64,000 nucleotides of DNA from a virus (Duplodnaviria > Caudoviricetes). Within the stretch, counting starts at the first letter, position 1; the number at the start of each line of letters is the position of its first letter. The stretch spans positions 1,037 through 65,036 of the IMG/VR virus record IMGVR_UViG_3300030118_003411. One strand, written 5' to 3'. The notes under the pieces are model-generated. The model saw nothing but the letters and a program-made list of their open reading frames with translations, was not told the origin of the DNA and made no database searches. The translations under genes and the position numbers were made by a program. Shown here one piece after another: positions 57,083 through 64,000 of the stretch.

Positions 57083-59393
57083 GGATTTTAACAAATTCCT
57101 CTCTTGTTATATCCCTCATGGTTTCAACGTAAGGTGCGTGAACTCCATAAGAATCGTGGATAAAAGAAAGTTTTATTATACCTTCTTTTAAAAGTCTGTA
57201 AATTACTAAAAACATATGAGCCGCATCTAGCGAATGGATGTAGTTTGGGGATATACTAAGAACTGCTTTACGAATATCTACATCTTCAGTATAGGTATAA
57301 AAGGTCAGTTCTTTGTGGTTGAATAGAGAAGCCAAGCTTCGTCTGTTCTTTTTCATATTGTATGAATGAACTACTTTGAATCCGCTTGGAGTAGTATACT
57401 CTACATGCTTGTTTGCGTTTCCTAGTATGGTTGTAACTTCTTTCAAGAAGTCTTTACCCTTATTAGGCATTTCTAATGTTTGAGATAAAGATTCTTGGAT
57501 TGCTCTAGCCAATTCAACCACAGCACCTCCAACCATATCCTTGTCTACCCAATCAAGATGGCCTTCCGATTTAATATACTTTTGTATTCCATAGAAAGTA
57601 AGTCCATATGAATCACACATGGTGGGACGTTTTGTTACTTCTCTTTTAATTCCGTCTGACCAATAATCTAAGAATACACTATACCAGTCTACAGTATCTT
57701 TATGTTCATAGCAAACTTCTGTAGTTTTATCTGATACAAATCCATACAAATCCTCTGGGTTGTCGTTGTCGTTCAGGTTCGTGAGTGTGGCCGTCAACTC
57801 ATCGCGCATGATGCCGGACCAGTGTTGCGTACCATTGCATTTCCCGTCTATATGAACATCAATTTGAGTAAGGCCGTCTTTTCTACAAAGATCAAAGATT
57901 ACCTTTAGTCTTGTAAAAGAAGGATTCTTTTTCTTCTTATCCGATAACCACTCTTTGTTAGCATAGGGATCTTTATTGATTGCTTCAAACATTTTCATGT
58001 TATCATCAACCCACTTAACCCTGTCATCTAAAGATAACTTTTCTTTATCGAATAGATTAGCCAAATAAATCTTTAGCCACTTTTTTCCTACATCAGTCTG
58101 CTCAACCGGCTCTGCAAATTGTATTAGAGAAAGATCAAAATCTGAACCCTGACAACAAAGTAGTTCGCATGTACCGTAGCACCTTCCCCTAAAATCAAGG
58201 GTGTAAGGCATGTAGAAAAATTGTTCTTTAACAAGCTGTTGTGCTAGGTCTAATCTAACCAGCATCCTAGCTCTTTTTTGTTCTTCTTTAAACCAATTAC
58301 CCCAAGCTTCTTCTTTTCTTTGGCACCATTTAGCTTGGTCTTCTTTAGTTCCTTCTTTTGGATATTCTTCTTGGAATTCAAAACCAGAAAAATCATAAGC
58401 AGGTAAATTACCCAGTCTAGTATTAGCTTTGAATAGATTAGTAAGAACTTCGAGAACCCGATCATTTATAGTCCACTCAGTATTACCCATTGCATTAAGT
58501 CCCTCAAGAACTAACGCAGATGGCTCAGAAAACTTTTGTTCTCTTCGTTCTTCTCCATAGTAGTTAGATAAGAACCTATGAACTACTTCTTTTCTTAAGT
58601 AATGTGTAAGATATCCTCCGCTCCGCTCCATAGTATGGGGAACAGGAGGAACAATCATTGGCCTAAAGATTAATTCTGTAGTTTCTAAAGACTTATGTCT
58701 TCTATATAATTCTTTAATAATCTTTTGATCTAAAGATACATAAAGCTTTCTTGACCACTTCTTACCATTCTTTTCGACAACCTTTGATGTTTGTATTACA
58801 CTACTCTTTTCAGCTATCCTCAACATATGATGACCAAAGTCTTCTTGTTGCTTCAAAGACATCTTAGGTATTTCAGATACTTTTTTAACAAAAGCCATGC
58901 ATCTCTTAGGAGACCAGTTCTTAACAAACTTAGATTGTCTTTCCCAGTCCTCTTTAAAGTTTTTCTTTGCTTGTTGATAAGCTATAATAGCTACAGCATC
59001 TTTAGCTATGGATCTGCATACAGTTTGAGCTAAAGGAGGAGAGTGAGGGAAAGTATCGTTCTTAAATCCAAAGTATCCTGTAGAAAGCCAACATCGAATT
59101 ACACATCTAATTGTTAAGTCTGCCATTTTTCTAGCACCTAAAACAATTAGCGGGTGAACCCAAGCTGGTGTCTTCTTACAGGATGTAGTCTTATCAATCC
59201 AGTCTTGATAAAAAGGTTCTAGATATTCTATTGCGGAGTCTAGGAGTTGCTGCTCTGGGATACCCTCATCAGGAGCGCGAGTATACTCTCTCCAGTATTT
59301 ATCCTTACCGCCCAACAGCATCGCCTGTTCAGCTTCTCGCTGTCGTTCGGTACGAATTTCTTGCTCTTCTGATGAAAGGGTATCCCAAAGCAT
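56952..59393 (-). CDS. Single-subunit (T7-like) DNA-dependent RNA polymerase
   Basis: PMIVPP, DFRGRCY, DGKCNGTQH (motif A), REVTKRPTMCDSYG (B), PNYIHSLDAAH, IHDSY (C). Confidence 0.97.
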   Translation of the reverse strand: MLWDTLSSEEQEIRTERQREAEQAMLLGGKDKYWREYTRAPDEGIPEQQLLDSAIEYLEPFYQDWIDKTTSCKKTPAWVHPLIVLGARKMADLTIRCVIRCWLSTGYFGFKNDTFPHSPPLAQTVCRSIAKDAVAIIAYQQAKKNFKEDWERQSKFVKNWSPKRCMAFVKKVSEIPKMSLKQQEDFGHHMLRIAEKSSVIQTSKVVEKNGKKWSRKLYVSLDQKIIKELYRRHKSLETTELIFRPMIVPPVPHTMERSGGYLTHYLRKEVVHRFLSNYYGEERREQKFSEPSALVLEGLNAMGNTEWTINDRVLEVLTNLFKANTRLGNLPAYDFSGFEFQEEYPKEGTKEDQAKWCQRKEEAWGNWFKEEQKRARMLVRLDLAQQLVKEQFFYMPYTLDFRGRCYGTCELLCCQGSDFDLSLIQFAEPVEQTDVGKKWLKIYLANLFDKEKLSLDDRVKWVDDNMKMFEAINKDPYANKEWLSDKKKKNPSFTRLKVIFDLCRKDGLTQIDVHIDGKCNGTQHWSGIMRDELTATLTNLNDNDNPEDLYGFVSDKTTEVCYEHKDTVDWYSVFLDYWSDGIKREVTKRPTMCDSYGLTFYGIQKYIKSEGHLDWVDKDMVGGAVVELARAIQESLSQTLEMPNKGKDFLKEVTTILGNANKHVEYTTPSGFKVVHSYNMKKNRRSLASLFNHKELTFYTYTEDVDIRKAVLSISPNYIHSLDAAHMFLVIYRLLKEGIIKLSFIHDSYGVHAPYVETMRDITREEFVKIHEENQLQTLKEEIERNTDLTLPSVPERGGFKISRVLKSDYLFS

Positions 59394-59445
59394 TGCAACA
59401 TTCTCCACTACTCACCCAATTATTCGGGTGTAGTAGACCAATATG

Positions 59446-60453
59446 TCAGACAGCCATAGCCATTTTCATGACTTGGCTAGAAGAATCAGCAGCCTTACCA
59501 ATAAGGTTGTTATGGATTCGACTATTATCCGACATCTTACGACCACGGCTACCCTCTCGGTGCTGTAGCCAGTTAGTAACAGAGTTACCAGCAACCCAAG
59601 CAGTTGGCCTAAGTCCATGCTCTGAACGCTCATTATCAAAGATATTGGACCATTCTGCAATAGTCTGAGCAGCCTTGATAGTAGCGCGTTCTTCCTTCTC
59701 TGTAGTGGGATTGGCAACGAAAGGCTCCTGAAGCTCAGTGTATACCCTAACCCAGAAGTTCTGGATGTCAGTGGTATTCATGAACTTGCTATTAAGAGTC
59801 ATAACCTTATCTCTAAACATGTTACCGGTTTCTCGGAATCTCTTGAGGGCAGCACGAAGATCAGCAATCTTCTCTGTCATCTCTCCGGTATGCTTGATAC
59901 GATAGAGATTACGACCACCCCGTGACAGAGCCATGTTCAAAGTGTTAGCACAAACAACCCGGATGCTAGTCGGAAGACCACTGAGCGAGAGGGTTCCGTT
60001 GTGGCTGTTAAAAAGTCCCAGATATTGAGTAACACTATCATTTTCATTACCAACATCAAACGTATCTCCTCGAAGCATGATGTAAATCTTCTTGTTGTTA
60101 TCGAGACTGCCTGCTGTCTCAACTCGAACATCAGCACCAAGCTCGTAAGCAATATCAAACAGTTCTTCATTCTGAACAACCTGATAACTTGGAGAAACAA
60201 GACCAAGGATGCCACCAGTATCCTGACGGATAGTAGCTACATTCTTAGTACTGATAGCGTCCACGATCTCCCCGTCATCGTCCTCGTACTCAGCGATAAT
60301 ACTAGGAGACTTCACGACCTTCCAGTCAAGTCCAGAGAGACGAAGAGCCTCAGCCGGGGAGGGAGAGTGTTCGACCACAGTACCAAGACCGTGCCAAGCA
60401 GCCTCTCCATTAGCATACATAGCGGTATCGTTTTCATACATTTCGTGTGACAT
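59446..60453 (-). CDS. DUF932-family protein
   Basis: AWHGLG, ALRLSGLDWKV, YQVVQN, ETAGSL, NSHNGT, IRVVCANTL, IKHT. Confidence 0.88.
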   Translation of the reverse strand: MSHEMYENDTAMYANGEAAWHGLGTVVEHSPSPAEALRLSGLDWKVVKSPSIIAEYEDDDGEIVDAISTKNVATIRQDTGGILGLVSPSYQVVQNEELFDIAYELGADVRVETAGSLDNNKKIYIMLRGDTFDVGNENDSVTQYLGLFNSHNGTLSLSGLPTSIRVVCANTLNMALSRGGRNLYRIKHTGEMTEKIADLRAALKRFRETGNMFRDKVMTLNSKFMNTTDIQNFWVRVYTELQEPFVANPTTEKEERATIKAAQTIAEWSNIFDNERSEHGLRPTAWVAGNSVTNWLQHREGSRGRKMSDNSRIHNNLIGKAADSSSQVMKMAMAV

Positions 60454-60634
60454 ACTTTATTTTCCTTCTGTAATTTTTTTAAGATAGTAATTAAGAGGAT
60501 ACCAATCAGATCCTTTTCTGATCCATCCACTATTATATTCATTAATAAGTTTTTTATTTTCCAATTCTTTTAACAACAATTCTGTTGTTGTGGGAGCGGG
60601 GCAGTTTAAACAATCTCGTTTAGGCCACCCACAT

Positions 60635-61345
60635 TTACATAGTGATGCATTCCCAAGACACGGGGAAGAGAGGCTTGATGATTTCTCCAATTGTGTTAGC
60701 GTAATTTTGAATTTCTGATTGGGCATGAGAGTCCGTCCTAAGTTTATAAAATCTAGCGTAAGCCGCAAGGCTACCTGTCCAATACCATGTTGTCATCATG
60801 CCCTGAGGAAGTACAAACCTAGCTTGCTCGGGACATACACCCTTAATAATCATGGTATTGTATGCAGCCAATCCAAGCTGACACGCTTCTTCATATTCTT
60901 TACTAAGGGTTATTGAATCGTTTAAATCAAAGTATTCTCCACTTCCTTGTTTAATATTTCCTTCTGGCTTTTTCTTCCACTTAGGACTAAAGAACTTAGG
61001 AGTTGTCTTAACATATCGTCTTGATATTTCATTTTCTACAAAACCCTGCTTATGTTTAAAGAACTGGGTTCTAATAGGAACGGGAGCAGTTATACGAAGA
61101 GTAATAGAAGTATGAGCAAAAGGAGTCCAGTGATTATGTTTAGCAAGATATCTAATAAGGTTCTCGTCTTTTTCACTTAACTTTTGAAACTCACGATCAC
61201 TAGGAACTTGACCAACTACGCAATCAAATCTACTCTTTGCTATTGTATCTACTTCCCATGAAGATTCTTTGTCATGAGACACCCTAGCAGCATTAACGAC
61301 AGAGAGGTCTGTTCCCATATGATCTATATACTCAATCGTATTCAC
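60635..61345 (-). CDS. thyX: FAD-dependent thymidylate synthase
   Basis: DLSVVNAARVS, HWTPFAH, KH...NEISRRY, PEQARFVLPQ, LR.DSHAQ.EI. Confidence 0.95.
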   Translation of the reverse strand: MNTIEYIDHMGTDLSVVNAARVSHDKESSWEVDTIAKSRFDCVVGQVPSDREFQKLSEKDENLIRYLAKHNHWTPFAHTSITLRITAPVPIRTQFFKHKQGFVENEISRRYVKTTPKFFSPKWKKKPEGNIKQGSGEYFDLNDSITLSKEYEEACQLGLAAYNTMIIKGVCPEQARFVLPQGMMTTWYWTGSLAAYARFYKLRTDSHAQSEIQNYANTIGEIIKPLFPVSWECITM

Positions 61346-61700
61346 GTTCAGGTTGCTCCAATTCATCAATTAGGTTAGGGACAATATCCAAGAGGTACTT
61401 ACTATACGTCTTCCAAACAACAGAGAGACCTTTAAGAACGTCATGATCATACGTTTCGTAATCATCAAGATTAAAATCACCCATTACCTCACCGTCTTCG
61501 TCATACACAGTAAAGTGAAGAATGGTATAATCTTCCCACTCAAGATCCCAAACAACTTCTCTGCCAAATGCATGATCAAAGCTATTATCAACGGGAAGCC
61601 AATCTACAGACACTTGAACATCTGCCCACCTTTGGTATCCGTTGTGAGTAAAACCTATGTCATCAAAAAGCTCAATTGTTTCTTGCATTTTCATACCCAA
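61332..61700 (-). CDS. Acidic early hypothetical protein
   Basis: ORF; DNSFDHAFG motif. Confidence 0.6.
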   Translation of the reverse strand: MGMKMQETIELFDDIGFTHNGYQRWADVQVSVDWLPVDNSFDHAFGREVVWDLEWEDYTILHFTVYDEDGEVMGDFNLDDYETYDHDVLKGLSVVWKTYSKYLLDIVPNLIDELEQPEREYD

Positions 61701-61909
61701 TCAATATCAATGTTATCCTTCTTTGAAGAAGGAGTAGAATTAGAAAGCTTTTTACTGATAAACAAATCTCTAAATGTCTTCTTGCAAAACATCTTACAAA
61801 CAGGATCATTGTTAATGTCAATCTTATTTTGCTTACAGTAAACAAGCCACTCTTCATACAAAGCTTCGGTTACAGATTCAATAATAATCTTTTTAGTCGA
61901 TCTTCCCAT
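61691..61909 (-). CDS. Hypothetical protein
   Basis: ORF in the tightly packed early operon. Confidence 0.5.
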   Translation of the reverse strand: MGRSTKKIIIESVTEALYEEWLVYCKQNKIDINNDPVCKMFCKKTFRDLFISKKLSNSTPSSKKDNIDIDWV

Positions 61910-62117
61910 GCTGATACTTCATGCCTTCCTTTATCTTGTTTTTAATAGACTCAATCTCATCATACATATTTTCAAACGCACCGGATGCTGAAATTTGAGT
62001 GTGCCGTCTTCCTGTCCAAACATAGTAGTACCACTTGTTAGCACCACGACAAACTTGTATAACATCTTCTGGCTGGTTCTTTAGAGGAAAATAATTATCA
62101 GTAAAAAGAATATTCAT
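61893..62117 (-). CDS. Hypothetical protein
   Basis: ORF with AAGGAG RBS. Confidence 0.55.
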   Translation of the reverse strand: MNILFTDNYFPLKNQPEDVIQVCRGANKWYYYVWTGRRHTQISASGAFENMYDEIESIKNKIKEGMKYQHGKID

Positions 62118-62335
62118 TCTGTCTCCTTTTTAATAAGAGGAAAGAGTTCGCATTGATGCCCATACTCTAGTGCAGGAATATCCGCAATATAATCTAGAGC
62201 TTCTTTATTAGTATCAAAGGGACCGTGCAAAGCAATCCCCTTCTGCATATTACCCGTTACTATTACCCAACTCTTGATCTTCACACCATTGAAGCCACTC
62301 AAGGTAGTGTTCTGATCGTACATCAAAGTATTCAT
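62114..62335 (-). CDS. Hypothetical protein (HGPF...EA motif)
   Basis: ORF with RBS. Confidence 0.55.
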   Translation of the reverse strand: MNTLMYDQNTTLSGFNGVKIKSWVIVTGNMQKGIALHGPFDTNKEALDYIADIPALEYGHQCELFPLIKKETE

Positions 62336-62409
62336 ACTTCAGTTCCTTATCAAGATAATAGGGGTCAGTGTTACGCTCAAGCCAAAGCTGGTGATCAAGG
62401 TGGTCTATA

Positions 62410-62670
62410 TCATTCGACATCTTCGTCATCCTCTTCTTCGGGTTCATGGTTACTTACAAACTGGTTAACTCTTTCCTTGGTAAGATTAGGAATACTAAAT
62501 CTAAAGTAATTTTCTGCAATACTAAGAAGATCCACATGAAAATCAGAAAGTACTTCTTCAAGAAGCTCGTCAATTTCTTCAATACCCTCAAGTTCTTCAT
62601 AATCTTCTCGAAGAAGGGCTTCAATTTCACTACCAAGTTCGTATTCAAGATCAATATTCATAGTAGTCAA
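62410..62670 (-). CDS. Highly acidic early protein
   Basis: 29 D/E in 86 aa. Confidence 0.6.
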   Translation of the reverse strand: MTTMNIDLEYELGSEIEALLREDYEELEGIEEIDELLEEVLSDFHVDLLSIAENYFRFSIPNLTKERVNQFVSNHEPEEEDDEDVE

Positions 62671-63101
62671 TCCTTAATAAGTTGGTTCATTGCTTCCATA
62701 AAGTTACGACCATTAGCATCTGTAATCTTAGGGGAATAATTCTTACAGACATCAAACTCAAGTTCAGGACACCGCTGATGTAGAACAGCAAACCTATCGT
62801 GAATATCCTGAACATCTCCAAGAAACTTAATATTTTCCTTGTTAGGCTCCATATAAATGTATCGGAAAATCTCTCTGCCAATGACAGACACAGACTGGTA
62901 ATCTGAATTATCATTGTTCTTTTCAAAGAACTTGTCAGAGTTCCTAGACTTACTGGCAAGGAAGCCAATGGCACAATAACGACAGTCATTGCCGTCTGTC
63001 CTATACCTACATTCACCAGTGTTCTCGATACCGAACTGGTTCTTCTGACGAACATAATAATCCAGCACCAAGTTAACAACACGCTCTTTAGTCATCTTCA
63101 T
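62667..63101 (-). CDS. Hypothetical protein (C.YR....CAIG...Q.IHD family)
   Basis: Motif recurrent in phage early genes. Confidence 0.65.
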   Translation of the reverse strand: MKMTKERVVNLVLDYYVRQKNQFGIENTGECRYRTDGNDCRYCAIGFLASKSRNSDKFFEKNNDNSDYQSVSVIGREIFRYIYMEPNKENIKFLGDVQDIHDRFAVLHQRCPELEFDVCKNYSPKITDANGRNFMEAMNQLIKD

Positions 63102-63271
63102 GAGTTTTCTCCTTCGGGAGTACAGGCTTCAGTGAACTTGTTAGAATCGAAACGGATATTAACCCGTTCACAAAACTTACAAAAACGCTTAACAATATAA
63201 GCGCGGTCTTCAGGGTGAAGATCTGCGCTCTTAATAACTTCGGCAATGCCCTCGAAATGTTTTCTAGTCAT
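63098..63271 (-). CDS. Small hypothetical protein (MTRKHF..IA...RFD..KF..AC family)
   Basis: Read manually; 57 aa. Confidence 0.6.
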   Translation of the reverse strand: MTRKHFEGIAEVIKSADLHPEDRAYIVKRFCKFCERVNIRFDSNKFTEACTPEGENS

Positions 63272-63479
63272 CGTCATTATTTTGTTCCCTACGAATTCTT
63301 TCTTCTACCCAATCGGGTAGCTCACCATACTCTTCCCAAAACTCAGCCCAATCTCTGATAGCCTCATCATCGAGACCACAGAGATCTGGGTTATCATCAT
63401 CATAATTATCTTCGTTGTCTGGATCTAGGTATTCTACCATCATTTTTGTACTCCACAATTTCATAGTTTTGTGATACAA
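63264..63479 (-). CDS. Acidic hypothetical protein
   Basis: ORF; real start probably internal (MMVEY). Confidence 0.5.
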   Translation of the reverse strand: MYHKTMKLWSTKMMVEYLDPDNEDNYDDDNPDLCGLDDEAIRDWAEFWEEYGELPDWVEERIRREQNNDDD

Positions 63480-63609
63480 AATTTTTCTTTAGGTCTCGCT
63501 GCGCCTCAGCAACAGACGAGTACAACATAACACTTCTATCACTATCTAGAACCCAGCTAGGTTCTGTCAGTGATTTGTCATCAACACACAAAAGAGCATA
63601 CTTAGGCAT
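63406..63609 (-). CDS. Hypothetical protein
   Basis: ORF with GAGG RBS. Confidence 0.5.
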   Translation of the reverse strand: MPKYALLCVDDKSLTEPSWVLDSDRSVMLYSSVAEAQRDLKKNFVSQNYEIVEYKNDGRIPRSRQRR

Positions 63610-63621
63610 GTCTCTATCCTC

Positions 63622-63957
63622 TTAATAACCTAATTCATATCTTTGTTCTGTATCTGTAAGTATCAGGAAGGATTTGTTTTTTTCTAAGTTTATTACAATA
63701 TCTACGGTCTTTTCTGGTTCATCTTTTGATTTCTGAGTTACACCTATCATTGGTAAGCTATAGGCTGAATACACGGAGGAGTCTCCAGTTACAACTCTAC
63801 TATGTACTTCCACATGAAAAGTAGCGGATTTAGATGTAAACCAATTCATAAAATCTTCTAACCCAGCATACAATATGCCAACATATGTATTTCCGCTTGC
63901 ATCTACAATTTCTACATTTATATCGTTTTTTTCAGATTCATTACAATCGCACGGCAT
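63622..63957 (-). CDS. Hypothetical protein
   Basis: ORF with AAGGAGG RBS. Confidence 0.55.
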   Translation of the reverse strand: MPCDCNESEKNDINVEIVDASGNTYVGILYAGLEDFMNWFTSKSATFHVEVHSRVVTGDSSVYSAYSLPMIGVTQKSKDEPEKTVDIVINLEKNKSFLILTDTEQRYELGY

Positions 63958-64000
63958 ACCACGCCTCCTTCAGTAAATATATCGGATATACTATAGCCGC

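Noticed and set aside
2110-62739. Numerous plus-strand ORFs in the track
   Set aside because: All are antisense shadows of long minus-strand genes, without RBS or motifs
1563-63957. Alternative genetic code or stop-codon reassignment
   Set aside because: Core genes are intact in the standard code and no suppressor tRNA is present

Overview
Most of a T7-like (Autographiviridae-type) podovirus genome, with essentially every gene on the minus strand. Read right to left, it has small early ORFs, ThyX, DUF932 and a single-subunit RNA polymerase, followed by a phosphoesterase, SSB and RusA. Next comes a four-tRNA cluster (Leu-UAA, Ile-UAU, Arg-UCU, Lys-UUU) with an embedded Zn-deaminase, then a sigma70/ECF-like factor. 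The replication block encodes primase-helicase, PolA, dNMP kinase, exonuclease and class II RNR. The structural block encodes portal, scaffold, capsid, tail tube A/B, fibre proteins, TerS, a cluster of tiny basic proteins, TerL, a sulfotransferase-like protein and internal virion proteins ending in a 3579-aa polyvalent protein. At ~1000-1560 lies a probable genome-terminus junction, beyond which a GC-rich early region begins. The most notable observations are an ECF-sigma-like domain inside the giant ejected protein (next to ART and zincin domains), a thrice-repeated TTTTTTCGC-N4-CGATATCC motif heading the first early units, a ~450-nt structured ncRNA candidate, an atypical tRNA-Ile(UAU) abutting a deaminase, and a phage protein with a PEP-CTERM-like tail. 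Several features hint at a Planctomycetota host (inference only). All calls are by eye from motifs; no database searches were run.
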